A DNA stretch of 64,000 bases from contig CBDHHL010000049.1 in assembly GCA_965263355.1 (NCBI GenBank), forward strand, positions 160,001 through 224,000, read 5' to 3'. Shown here piece by piece: positions 47,370 through 58,315 of the stretch (the stretch's first letter is position 1; each line of letters begins with the position of its first letter). Source of the DNA: Leptolyngbyaceae cyanobacterium. Lineage in GTDB: Bacteria > Cyanobacteriota > Cyanobacteriia > Phormidesmidales > Phormidesmidaceae. Both the position numbers and the translations under genes were made by a program. The notes below the pieces were generated by a model. The model was not told where the DNA came from, made no database searches, and was given only the letters and a program-made list of their open reading frames with translations.

Positions 47370-50300
47370 ATGACTAACCCACATCCGATTCGGAAACAGG
47401 CGTTTTTGCTGAGGCAGAAGCCAAGGAGTTGGATAGAGATAAGCGATAGATGCCAAGCCTTGTTGCTCAGCAGATGGGCGGTCACATCCGTCCTGGCCTG
47501 GCCATTGGGCCTTTTCCTGAGCGGTGTTCTTTTTCCCACACAGCCTGGGGTAGCCCAACTCATCCCCGATGGTTCGACAGGGACCCAAATCCAGTCGGGG
47601 GCATTGGTCGAAGGACTGCCCTCCGATCTGATTGAAGGGGGCACAATACGCGACAGCAACCTGTTCCATAGTTTTCAGGAATTCAATATTGAGAGCGATC
47701 GCGGCGTTTACTTCAACCCCCAGAATGGCATCCTCACGATTCTGACACGGGTGACGGGGGGCAATGTCTCCAATATTGACGGCACATTGGGCGTGTTGGG
47801 GAGCGCTGATTTGTTCCTCCTTAACCCGACCGGCATTCTCTTTGGTCCCGATGCCCAACTGGACATAAGCGGCTCGTTTGTGGGCAGTACGGCGGAGAGT
47901 ATTTTCTTTGAGAATTACGAGTTTAGTGCGGCGGATACCGATACGCCGCCGCTGTTGACGTTGAGCGTGCCTCTAGGATTACGAATGGGGGTAAATCCAG
48001 GTTCCCTTAACGTTGATCAGGCAACCTTGTCGGTTGATCAAGCCCTGACCTTGGCAGCGGGCATTTTGGATGTCAGTGGTGACCTGCAGGCCGGAGGAGA
48101 CATCACACTCCGGGGGCAGGAGCGCCGTCTGGGAGAAGGCGCATTTACAACGGGAGGATATTTTTTAACCCAAGACTTGAATGGAACCAACGTTGATTTC
48201 TTGATTCCCCATGAGAATGTGATTCGGGCGGATGGGGACGTGCAGATCAGTGACGACTACACGGGCCCTTCGCTGTATGTGCTGGCGGGGGGACAGGTCA
48301 CAGTCGGTGACGGCACAGGTAGCGTCGAGATTACTGACGCGGGGGATGTGCCGAGCAGCGTGACGGCCACGATTGCTGATGGGGTTGGGGGCACTCAAGC
48401 AGTCACAGTCAGCGCCATAGATGAACCCACGCTGGATATTCGGGCGGGAGTGGACTGGAGCCAGCTGCCTGGTGGGGCACCGGGGAATGAAAACTTGAGC
48501 GTTGCCCAGGTGGTGTTTGGCAATGGGACAGGGATCAGTGGTGTAACAAGCGCCGACATCCAGATTGGTGAAATCACAAACGCCGGGGGCAGGGTGGCTT
48601 TGAGCAACCTCTTCTCACCGAATGAAACCTTAGCGGGCGCGATTCAAGTTGATTTCATTGATACCAGTACCTTTATTGATGCAAGCAGCAATCCCCAAAC
48701 CGGACTCGTGATCGGAACGGATGGCGGTGATATTCTGATATTGGGGCGCGGGGATGTTGTCACCGCAGAGCTGACATCAGAATCGAACACAATTTTGGCA
48801 GATGAGGATGGGAATGACAGCGACAGGGATGTCATCGGCGGCAATGGCGGAGAGATTGCGATTACAACCCTCTCTGGAGACATCACTGCATCCTCTCTAG
48901 TCGCCATATCGTCAACAATCAATGATTCGGGTAGGTCAACGGCAGGAGACAGTGGCGATATTACGCTTTCATCCATCACTGGAGATATTACGGTTACCGA
49001 TACGCTAAACTCATCATCTTACTTACAGACTGCTGCAGGGGATGTAACAGGTGGGACCGGAGGAGATGTTACGTTCGCGACTGGTACTGGCGATATCACC
49101 ATAGCATTTTTAGCAACAGCAGCGATCGCCAACACAGGGGTTGGAGACGCTGTCGGGGGGCAATCAGGAAATCTTTCCCTCAGAACAACGTCCGGCGATA
49201 TCACCATGAGTTCGCCGAACGTCGATACTGAACCTCGGGTATCTGCATCTGCGGTCACACAGTCTATTGAGGGGGATGTAACAGGGGGAACTGGAGGAGA
49301 TATTGAGATCTCGTCCAGTACTGGGGATATCACCACCACATTTTTAGAGTCAGTAGCATTCACTCAAACAGAAGCTGGAGACGCTGTCGGAGGGCAAGGA
49401 GGAAATCTTTCCTTCAGTACAATGACTGGCGATATCACAATGAATGCGACGTTTACTCATAATCTTTTGGCCTCATATTCGAACACAATAACTAATTTGG
49501 GAAATGTCCAGGGAGGTGATGGTGGCAGGATCTCGGTCACAACTGTCAGCGGTAATTTTAGAACTGTGGAAGTTTCTCCATTTAGTGAGCCGTTAGTGTT
49601 AAGGGCTTCTTCTTTTGCAATCCTAGGGGATGATGGTACGACCGAGGAGATAATCGGCGGCAATGGTGGCGATATCCTAGTCTCCACTGTCTCTGGTGAT
49701 GTCGACACCGCATTTTTGGCTTCATACTCGTTCTCATATGCCTCTTCGGAACTATTTAGTGGCAATATCACTGGGGGCAATGCTGGCGATATTGCCATCT
49801 CCACTGTTTCTGGTGATGTTACGGCTGAGAGTATTGACGCCATTTCTCTGTCGGGTCCATCCAACGGCGATGTCAGGGGAGGCGATGGCGGCAAGATCAC
49901 TGTCTCAACAGCCACTGGCGATATCGCACTCCGTCAAAGTGACCTAGATTCATTTGCCTTTGCGCCCACTGGCCTAGCGGGGAATGGGGGCGACATTAGG
50001 ATTACAACCGAGCAAGGCAACTTAATAGGAATAGGAGCAGACATAGGAATAAGAGACAATTTTCCATCCCTGAGAACATTTGCCGTTTCCCAGAGCAGTT
50101 CTGGCAGCGGTAGCGGTGGCAACGTTACCTTGGCCGCTCAAAATCAGATTACCAACTTAAATATTTTCACACCTGCCTCTGAGGCAGAGGCTGGAGCGGT
50201 TGAAATTAATGGATCTGGCGATCTTGTCTTGGACAATGTCAACACTGTTACCAGTGGAGTTATCGAGCTTGATGTCCCATTCGAAGACGTCGTTAGCTTT

Positions 50301-53300
50301 GAGGAAGGCAGTATTGGCCAATCGGGAGATGTCACCATTACTGGAGCCAACGACCTCACCTTTATGAATAGCCGTATTGAAAGTACAACCCAAGGGGCTA
50401 ACCCGGCAGGGGATGTCCAGATTAGCAGCCCAGGGTTGATTACTTTTCAGGGCAACAGTCAAATTTCCAGTAATACCAACAGTCGGGGAAATGCTGGTGC
50501 AATTCAGCTAGAGTCGGACACAGGGATTGTGCTCACTGGCTCCGAGGTTTCACTGGCAGCCATCAGCAATGGCGACGGCAGTGCGGGAAATATTGCCCTC
50601 AATGCCCCGAACATTGCGGTGGAACAGGGGGCCGAAATTTCTACTATTACCACTGCAGACGGCAGTGCTGGAGACATTCGGCTCGAAACCGAGACCCTAA
50701 CAATTACCAACGGCAGCGAAATTTTGGCGTCGTCATCGGGCTCTGGTGATGGCGGAGAGATTGTCGTCGAGGCTTCTACAGCAGTGAACTTGGGGGAAGG
50801 GGTGCAGGATTTTGCCCCGATTATTTCTGTGGAAACCAGTGGGGCAGGAAGAGCCGGAGATATCACCATCAATACGCCCATCTTCACCCTCTCAGAAACG
50901 GCGCGAATTACCGCCACAGCCACTGAAACAGCTACCAATACAGAGGCTGGAGGGAGCATTACCCTCAATGCCTCGGAGATGGATTTAGCCGGTGTGGTGG
51001 GTATCTTTGCCGAAACCGAGGGGCTTGCCCCAGCGGGTATTTTGACCCTTCAACCGTTTGATGCCAACTTTGATCAGGGTACGCCTCAATTTGACCCCGA
51101 ATTGAACGTCACCCTAGCGCCAGGGGCGGAAATTTCAGCGTCTACCTCTGGTATAGGCCAAGGCGGTGGTTTGCAAATTTTTGCGCCGGAAGCCATTACA
51201 ATTGTTGGCCCAGGCCGTCTTGCCGTTGAAACCCGAGGGGCTGGGGATGGTGGCGATATTGAGATTCGCACGCAGCAGCTAACCCTGACCGACGGGGTTG
51301 AAATCTCGGCCTCATCCGTCCCGCAGGCTGTTCCTATCATTGAAACGACGACAGTAGAAACTGTGGAGCTGGTGGATGCGTCCCCTGATATCCTGGAGGC
51401 AGGCGATGCAGGGCAAACCCTGGACACAGTCCAAGTTGTGAGTGACCAGCCAGGGACTCCCCTAGAGAGCATTTCAGGCTCGCTATCGGAGGATGGAGAT
51501 GTTGACCTATACCAAATTTATCTCTCTGGGGATGGCACATTCTCAGCCAGTACCGTTGATTTGACACGGCTAGACACCCAGCTATTTTTATTTAGCGCCC
51601 CTGACGGCTTAGGCATCTATAGGAATGATGACGATGCCAATTGTGGTGGATGCTTTCAGTCCACATTGCCAGCACAAAACCTCTTAACGCCTACGGAGGC
51701 CGGCATTTATTATCTCGCCGTGAGTGAATTTGCCAATAACCCTCTAGCCGAGTCCGGAGAGGAGATTTTTCCTAATAGTTTTGATGATATTGAGGTCGAC
51801 GCCATCAAAGCCCCGACAGGACCAGGGGGAGCATTGCCCCTGGAAGACTGGACAGGTGGCGTTTTTGACACCGGTGACTATGTCATCAGTCTGACTGGTG
51901 TGGAGTCTGGCCCCATTGAAATTACGACTATCACTGAGATAGAGGAGATTATAGGGTTTCTTGAGCCAGACCTTGAGCTAGGCGATGCGGGCGATATCAA
52001 TATCTTTGCAGACAGCGTTGACCTCACAAACGGGGCAACGCTGCAAACCAACACCGCAGGCATGGGAGATGCTGGAACCATCGCCCTGACCATTGAGAAC
52101 ACCTTAAATTTAGAACGGGGAGAAATTGCCGCCAATACCAGCGCCACCGCTAGTGGTCGGGGGGGGGATATTGAAATCGACACTGGGATGGCGCAACTGA
52201 GTGACAGTCGTCTGACCGTGAATAGCCAGGGTCAGGGCATCGGAGGAGACATCCTAGTGGTAGCAGACTCGCTCTTTCTAAAGCAAGGCTCAGTAATCGA
52301 TGCGGCAACCGCCAGTAGTGACGGAGGCAACATTGATCTCAATCTGGAGGAGGTCCTGCTGTTGTCGGGCCAGAGTGAGATTACGGCCACAGCCGGTCTG
52401 GCGGAGGGAGCAGGCAATGGCGGTGATATTAATATCCAATCGGAGTTTGTCATTGCTGCCCTGGATGGCCCTAACCGCATTGTTGCCAATGCCTTTGAGG
52501 GCAACGGGGGTAACATTACTATTGCGACCACCTCCCTGTTTGGCGAAGAATTTTTGGAAATTTCAGCCTCTTCGCGCTTTGGCTTACAGGGTACAGTCAC
52601 CCTTGATTCTCCTGACATTGACCCGGCTCGGTCTCTGACTGAGCTGCCAACAACTCTGGTGGATGCCAGCAACCTGATTGCCGATGCCTGTCTCGTGGAT
52701 GGTAGCCATGGGCGATCTCAATTTGTCGCCACCGGACGCGGGGGCTTGCCTACCCAGCCCACCAGCTACCCTACCGGGACATTCCTCTTGCCAGATTTAG
52801 GGCCATTGACAACAACCCCACCCAATGCCCCGACAACAATGTTGCAAGAGGCCCAGTCCTGGAGCGTCGCCGCCAACGGTGACATTGTGTTGGCCGCCAA
52901 TCCAGTCAATCCCCTCGATAGGGTGTTATGGGACGCCCGTCAGGCGTATCAGCAAGCAGACTATGCCACCGCCGTTACCCTTTGGCGTGAGGCCGTCGAG
53001 ACGTTGGCACCTAGCAATGACCCCTTAGCCTATGCGTCGACCCTGAGCAATTTGGCCCTGGCCCATCATCATTTGGGGGAATGGGAACAGGCACAGAGCC
53101 AGATCGCCACTATCCAACATGTGCTCACCCCCGAACTGGCCACTACAACTCCCTGGCTCGTAGCTCAGACACTCAATACCCAGGCCAGTTTGCAATTCGC
53201 CCAAGGTCATGCTCAAGCTGCTCTGGATACCTGGCAGCAAGCAGTGGAAGCCTATGCCTTGGCGGGGAATGCCGGAGGCGAACTTCGGGTCAGGCTGAAT

Positions 53301-55352
53301 CAGACCCAGGCCTTGCAATCGCTGGGGTTCTATCCCCGTGCTGAGGCTCAGCTAGAAGCGATCGCGACCGCATTAGCCGATCAATCCCCGTCTTCGGTTC
53401 AGGCACTGACCCTGTTGCACTGGGGAACTGCGTTGCGGGCGCGAGGGGAGACGGAGCGCTCTCAACAGACCCTGGCATCAGCGTTGGCGGTAACCCAAAC
53501 CTTAAACGAGCCCACCCTGACCAGTGCCATTTTGCTGAATCTTGGCCATACCGCTCAAGCTCAGGCCCACACGGAGCAAGCCCTGAGCTATTACCAAAAT
53601 GCAGCGGCGACCGCTCCCACTGCCCTCGCCCAGTTTCAAGCCCAGGTCAGCCAGTTGGATATCCTAGCCACTCAAGACGCTGCCGCCGCCAAGACTCTTG
53701 GAGCCGACCTAGCTCACACCCTACAGACCAATCCCTTGCCAACCAGTCGGGAGGGAATTTATGCCCAGCTGCATTTAGCGGCAACGCTTCTGCAAACTGA
53801 CGCCACACTGGCCTCGCCCGATCAAATCATGAACCTTCTGCTGACAGCTGACCAACAGGCCCAACGACTGAACGATACCCCTGCCCAAACCTACATCCTC
53901 GGCTATCAGGCCCAGGTCTACCGTCAGACGCAGCAGTGGGCCGAGGCGCAGGCTCTCACTGAAGAGGCCTTACACCAGGCACAGATCCTCGAAGCCCCTG
54001 CGATGATTTATCAATGGGCGGAGCAACTGGGACAGTTACGTCGGCAGCAGGGCGATCGCGCTGGAGCCATTGCTGCTTATACTGAAGCCGTGAACGCCCT
54101 GGACACCCTACGGGGCGATTTAATCGCTAGTAGCGAAGATGCTCAATTCACCTTCCGCGACACGGTTGAACCCGTCTATCGTGAGCTGGTGAAATTGTTG
54201 CTGCAAGATGAGGCTGGACAACCGGTGGACCCAGCCAATCTCACCCAGGCCAGACGCCTGATTGAAGACTTGCAATTGGCTGAATTACAGGATTATTTCC
54301 AAGATGTCTGTGTGCAGGCGACGCCTATCGTCGCAGACGAGGTCGACCCGACCGCTGCTGTCATTTACCCCATTCTGTTGGACGATCGCCTGGATGTGAT
54401 TGTCAGTGTGGCAGGTCAGCCCGTGCACCATCACAGCACCCCAATCTCAGCCGATCAGGTGGAACAAACGGCATACGAGCTGTTAGACACGCTCACCACC
54501 GCGTTAGGTTCTGGGCAAGCCAGCACAACCCAACAGTTACAGCAGGTCTACGACTGGATTCTTGCCCCAGTAGAGGCCGCATTAGAACAACAACCGATCG
54601 AAACCCTCGTCTTTGTCGCGGATGGTGTTTTGCGGACGTTACCGCTCACGGCCCTCCATGATGGTGAACAGTATTTAGTCGAGCAGTATAACGTGGTGCT
54701 CTCTCCCGGTCTCAATCTGTTAAACCCTCAACCGCTGCAACGGCAGGACTTACGCATGTTAGCCGGGGGCATCAGCGAATCTCGTCCAGGCTTTCCCCCA
54801 TTACCGTTTGTCACCGATGAACTGCAGCAAATCACCACTCAAATTCCTGACCACCAGTTGTTAGTGAATCAAGACCTGACGCAAGCGAATCTTGCTGAGA
54901 GCTTAGCCACTGCCCCAGCCAGCGTTGTTCACCTGGCGACCCATGGCACGTTCGGAACCAGTGCCGAGGACACCTTTATTCTCACCTGGGATGGCAAACT
55001 CAATATCAAGGAACTGAGCAGCCTCCTGCAAAGCCGCAATCGCAGCAGCAATATCCCCATCGAGCTATTGGTATTCAGCGCCTGCAGAACCGCAGAGGGA
55101 GATAGTCGAGCCGTGTTGGGCATTGCTGGTATGGCCATTCGTTCAGGGGTGCGTAGTGCGCTAGCCGGATTATGGCCCTTAGACGACCGGGCCACAGCTG
55201 TGTTTATGGATCATTTTTACAAGGCTCTAGCTCAACCTGAGGTCACGAAGGCCGATGCGTTTCGTCAAGCCCAACTGGCACTGATGCAGGATTCTCGGTT
55301 TAGTACCCCCTATTACTGGAGCCCGTTTGTGATGGTTGGTAATTGGTTGTAA
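47370..55352 (+). CDS. Filamentous-haemagglutinin/TpsA-like exoprotein fused to TPR and CHAT (caspase-like) domains
   Basis: TPS domain (NLFHSFQEFNI, RVTGGNVSNIDG, LFLLNPTGILFG), GxGGxIxI beta-helix repeats, an inserted PPC/DVUA0089-like domain and TPRs. CHAT motifs VHLATHG, FSACRTA and PYYWSPF. Confidence 0.9.
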   Translation: MTNPHPIRKQAFLLRQKPRSWIEISDRCQALLLSRWAVTSVLAWPLGLFLSGVLFPTQPGVAQLIPDGSTGTQIQSGALVEGLPSDLIEGGTIRDSNLFHSFQEFNIESDRGVYFNPQNGILTILTRVTGGNVSNIDGTLGVLGSADLFLLNPTGILFGPDAQLDISGSFVGSTAESIFFENYEFSAADTDTPPLLTLSVPLGLRMGVNPGSLNVDQATLSVDQALTLAAGILDVSGDLQAGGDITLRGQERRLGEGAFTTGGYFLTQDLNGTNVDFLIPHENVIRADGDVQISDDYTGPSLYVLAGGQVTVGDGTGSVEITDAGDVPSSVTATIADGVGGTQAVTVSAIDEPTLDIRAGVDWSQLPGGAPGNENLSVAQVVFGNGTGISGVTSADIQIGEITNAGGRVALSNLFSPNETLAGAIQVDFIDTSTFIDASSNPQTGLVIGTDGGDILILGRGDVVTAELTSESNTILADEDGNDSDRDVIGGNGGEIAITTLSGDITASSLVAISSTINDSGRSTAGDSGDITLSSITGDITVTDTLNSSSYLQTAAGDVTGGTGGDVTFATGTGDITIAFLATAAIANTGVGDAVGGQSGNLSLRTTSGDITMSSPNVDTEPRVSASAVTQSIEGDVTGGTGGDIEISSSTGDITTTFLESVAFTQTEAGDAVGGQGGNLSFSTMTGDITMNATFTHNLLASYSNTITNLGNVQGGDGGRISVTTVSGNFRTVEVSPFSEPLVLRASSFAILGDDGTTEEIIGGNGGDILVSTVSGDVDTAFLASYSFSYASSELFSGNITGGNAGDIAISTVSGDVTAESIDAISLSGPSNGDVRGGDGGKITVSTATGDIALRQSDLDSFAFAPTGLAGNGGDIRITTEQGNLIGIGADIGIRDNFPSLRTFAVSQSSSGSGSGGNVTLAAQNQITNLNIFTPASEAEAGAVEINGSGDLVLDNVNTVTSGVIELDVPFEDVVSFEEGSIGQSGDVTITGANDLTFMNSRIESTTQGANPAGDVQISSPGLITFQGNSQISSNTNSRGNAGAIQLESDTGIVLTGSEVSLAAISNGDGSAGNIALNAPNIAVEQGAEISTITTADGSAGDIRLETETLTITNGSEILASSSGSGDGGEIVVEASTAVNLGEGVQDFAPIISVETSGAGRAGDITINTPIFTLSETARITATATETATNTEAGGSITLNASEMDLAGVVGIFAETEGLAPAGILTLQPFDANFDQGTPQFDPELNVTLAPGAEISASTSGIGQGGGLQIFAPEAITIVGPGRLAVETRGAGDGGDIEIRTQQLTLTDGVEISASSVPQAVPIIETTTVETVELVDASPDILEAGDAGQTLDTVQVVSDQPGTPLESISGSLSEDGDVDLYQIYLSGDGTFSASTVDLTRLDTQLFLFSAPDGLGIYRNDDDANCGGCFQSTLPAQNLLTPTEAGIYYLAVSEFANNPLAESGEEIFPNSFDDIEVDAIKAPTGPGGALPLEDWTGGVFDTGDYVISLTGVESGPIEITTITEIEEIIGFLEPDLELGDAGDINIFADSVDLTNGATLQTNTAGMGDAGTIALTIENTLNLERGEIAANTSATASGRGGDIEIDTGMAQLSDSRLTVNSQGQGIGGDILVVADSLFLKQGSVIDAATASSDGGNIDLNLEEVLLLSGQSEITATAGLAEGAGNGGDINIQSEFVIAALDGPNRIVANAFEGNGGNITIATTSLFGEEFLEISASSRFGLQGTVTLDSPDIDPARSLTELPTTLVDASNLIADACLVDGSHGRSQFVATGRGGLPTQPTSYPTGTFLLPDLGPLTTTPPNAPTTMLQEAQSWSVAANGDIVLAANPVNPLDRVLWDARQAYQQADYATAVTLWREAVETLAPSNDPLAYASTLSNLALAHHHLGEWEQAQSQIATIQHVLTPELATTTPWLVAQTLNTQASLQFAQGHAQAALDTWQQAVEAYALAGNAGGELRVRLNQTQALQSLGFYPRAEAQLEAIATALADQSPSSVQALTLLHWGTALRARGETERSQQTLASALAVTQTLNEPTLTSAILLNLGHTAQAQAHTEQALSYYQNAAATAPTALAQFQAQVSQLDILATQDAAAAKTLGADLAHTLQTNPLPTSREGIYAQLHLAATLLQTDATLASPDQIMNLLLTADQQAQRLNDTPAQTYILGYQAQVYRQTQQWAEAQALTEEALHQAQILEAPAMIYQWAEQLGQLRRQQGDRAGAIAAYTEAVNALDTLRGDLIASSEDAQFTFRDTVEPVYRELVKLLLQDEAGQPVDPANLTQARRLIEDLQLAELQDYFQDVCVQATPIVADEVDPTAAVIYPILLDDRLDVIVSVAGQPVHHHSTPISADQVEQTAYELLDTLTTALGSGQASTTQQLQQVYDWILAPVEAALEQQPIETLVFVADGVLRTLPLTALHDGEQYLVEQYNVVLSPGLNLLNPQPLQRQDLRMLAGGISESRPGFPPLPFVTDELQQITTQIPDHQLLVNQDLTQANLAESLATAPASVVHLATHGTFGTSAEDTFILTWDGKLNIKELSSLLQSRNRSSNIPIELLVFSACRTAEGDSRAVLGIAGMAIRSGVRSALAGLWPLDDRATAVFMDHFYKALAQPEVTKADAFRQAQLALMQDSRFSTPYYWSPFVMVGNWL

Positions 55353-55892
55353 GACTACTGACCTGACCGCCATCATAATTGCTTTGGACTAATACCAAAC
55401 TGTTGCCGCTTGGCAAGGAATTGCAATTTTTCCTGTTCTGTCTGAACCACTCCCTTCCCCCCACTAGTCCATGAAGCCAGGGCTGTTTATTGTCCGAAAA
55501 GGAAAGCCTTTCAATTTTTCTCTGGTGAACATGAAACAAACCTGCCCACTAGTCCATGAAGCGATCCATTTTGCCTTCGAGTTCTATAACTTTTAGCAAT
55601 ACTATGTACTGGTCAACCCGAATAATCTCGTTGTCAAAACGGTGTTACAAACCATGCTCGAAGGTGGGAATTACTTTTTCTTTGCGATCTATGAACGGTT
55701 TGGGAATGTGACCACATTCAGGGCTGATCTTGGCTACAACGTACTGCTTAATCTCAGTACAAACTGGGATCTCATTCAACAATCAACTACAACAGAGCCG
55801 CAATACGATCTGTTGCTTGAGCAGTTTGCCGAGGATTCCTCTTATCTATTTGGAAAACTGCTGACTTGTGTCTGTCGAGATGATATCTCTTA

Positions 55893-56656
55893 GAGGAGTC
55901 CAATGAAAAAAGTATCCAATAGTTACCTGATACTATGTTGTTGCGGTGACGGGAATTTCAACGAACCATTTTTCTAATCCTGGCAGTTGACGGTGGCTTT
56001 GGCATCCATACTCAATCGTTTCGTTTGTTTGGAGTCGATGCCGACATCTTTGGTCTCGATGTTGGTAAAGATGTCGTCGGTTTCGGGAATTTTTTTTGAG
56101 GTTTTGCTTTGACAACCTTGCGCAAGCGATACCCCATCCGGTTTAGGACATCGGCCATCGTGCTGGGTGAGGGCAACTGGTCATCGTTAAAGCCTTGAGC
56201 GCTCAGATGGCGAATCGCCGCCGCCGCCGTCAGACGGGTATATCCGAGGGAGGTGCGAAAGGTTGGATCCTGTTGAGTATACGCCTCAGCCAACTTTCGC
56301 AGGGCGCTGGCCGCTTCCGGTTGACGATCCTCCCAGCATTTTGCCCCACCGGAAAAGGACTGGGCACCCACGCAGATGATGCCGGTACGGTGTTCAGCTA
56401 ACCCTAACGCCACGGTTGCGCGCCCCCAGCCAAACACGCTTTCTGTCTGACGTGGATTGCCTTGACAGTATTTAAGTGACATAGCGGCTTGAAACGCTCG
56501 ACGCTTCGCTCCAGATAGCTGTGAGGACGCCAAGCGAAGATCAGCGATTTGGGAGGGGGATAACGGGGCATTAGCTGGAGGGGATTCTTTCATACAAGCT
56601 TGATTCCACTCTTTTCACCAGAGGATAGCATGGTAATTTAGTTCTCAGAAATCACC
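55893..56656 (-). mobile_element. Internally deleted ISAzo13-family insertion sequence
   Basis: ORF 56593-56012 (...QQDPTFRTSLGYTRLTA...LNRMGYRLRKVVKAKPQKK) shifts at an A-run into IPETDDIF...RLSMDAKATV, then jumps to a C-terminal-like LPGLEKWFVEI*. Imperfect inverted ends at about 55893 and 56656. Confidence 0.75.
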
Positions 56657-57355
56657 TAACCCCTTTGTAGGATAAGCCTACGGTTTGCTTACACAGCCAT
56701 CAAGTTTTCTTGGTTTGTGTCTGCGATCACGGTGAAGTGAACCGATTGGGTATTAACTAAAGGATTCTGAGATTGTTTGATGCTGTGGCCCGGTGAGTTG
56801 TGGCGTTGGGCGATCAAGCTAGGGATGCTTTAAAACACAACAGCACCCAGAACGATCTAGCTGAGGAACTCTTCTACATTGGACAAGACTTTCTAGAGTT
56901 GTTCTGAGCAGATCAAGCCCTACTAGGAACAATACTCTCTAGTGCAAGCGAGAAGAAATATCAGCGACCTGTTTGGATGCTATGTGTAGTCTGTCAAACG
57001 ATGATATAAAGATATCTATCATTGACCTCCTTTGTTGTGGTTATAAGCTTTTCAGCTCATGCCCTTAGCATATTTCTTAAGTGGAGAAATGTCTCTTCTC
57101 TGACATAAAGGTTAATGTTGTTAGCTTTTGTAACTGGTCAGTGAGGATGGTCTCTAGACTGTTGTAGTTGATGACACGGCAAGAAGATAAGATTGAAATG
57201 CGTATGTTGTTAGTGGCTATCGTGATTTGCAGACTGTTTTTCAAAATAGCTGAGAGTGCTTGTTTGTGTGTAGTGTAGTGCGGATAATCGGTATTATACT
57301 GATTGTTCTGTCAAAGTAAGTGCTCAAAGTAGTTCTGTAGATTGTCAGCAAAAGA

Positions 57356-58315
57356 ATGAAAAAGCTCGGCTTTTATATAGTATTGGCTTGCTTAAGCATC
57401 GGTATTGCCCTATTGCCAGCTTATGCTGACCTTACAGTCGATACACAGCAGATTACGCTTGCTACCATTCGGAACCAGGCCCTGAGTAAGTCTCTCCGAT
57501 TTACAACCGATGAGGACATTAGTAATTTAGTCATTACGCCATCTGATTTGGAGTTGGCAGATGGCAGAGCCCGAATACCGGCTAGTGAGGTTAAAGTATC
57601 TAAAATCAACACTCCGTTGCGTGCAAATCAGGCGATTAATCTGGAGCTTGGAATAGCTAGAGAATTTCTGAGTACAAGTGGTGAATTTACAGGCTCCTTA
57701 TTGGTTCAATCCGATGACTCTAGTCAGCTGCTGCCCATTACTGTGAAAGTAAAGTCAAGGGCATGGCGAGCCTGGTTAGTGCTGTTAGCGGGGGTTGGCT
57801 TGGGTACTGGCTTGTCGGTATATCGGTCGATAGGTTTACCGAAAGATGAATTGTTGGTGCGAGTTGCTCAGCTTCGGTCTGAAGTGAGATCGGTTTCAGC
57901 GCCCGAAGTTCAATACTTTAAGGCTCAGACTGAGCGGGCATTGATTAGGCTTGAGACTGCGCTCAGTAATCAAGATTGGGCTCAGGCCGAAGCTAGTTTG
58001 TCAGAAGCGCAGACCATTTGGGACCGTTGGCTCGGTGGTCAGGCTGATTGGATAAAGCAAATAGGTTATCTAGAAGATCTGTCTCAGGAAAAAATAGACG
58101 TTACTCATCAATATGGCCAGTCAGTAAAGCATCAGCTCGATAAGATTAGGCGTCAGATAGCGACCTATGCAACGCCCCAAGTCTTGGCTGATAAACTCTT
58201 TAGTGTACGTGGGCAAGTAGAGCGCTATAACCAGGGAGATGCGTTTGCCCTGGTTATAGCTGGAGTATCATGGGCTCACTTACTCCAGGTTAGCGGCGAT
58301 GGCACGTTGGTTTAA
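57356..58315 (+). CDS. Hypothetical secreted/membrane-anchored protein, probably 3'-truncated
   Basis: Signal peptide, Ig-like region, TM helix (AWLVLLAGVGLGTGLSVY) and a helical region. The last ~25 codons look unrelated and overlap the next gene. Confidence 0.65.
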   Translation: MKKLGFYIVLACLSIGIALLPAYADLTVDTQQITLATIRNQALSKSLRFTTDEDISNLVITPSDLELADGRARIPASEVKVSKINTPLRANQAINLELGIAREFLSTSGEFTGSLLVQSDDSSQLLPITVKVKSRAWRAWLVLLAGVGLGTGLSVYRSIGLPKDELLVRVAQLRSEVRSVSAPEVQYFKAQTERALIRLETALSNQDWAQAEASLSEAQTIWDRWLGGQADWIKQIGYLEDLSQEKIDVTHQYGQSVKHQLDKIRRQIATYATPQVLADKLFSVRGQVERYNQGDAFALVIAGVSWAHLLQVSGDGTLV

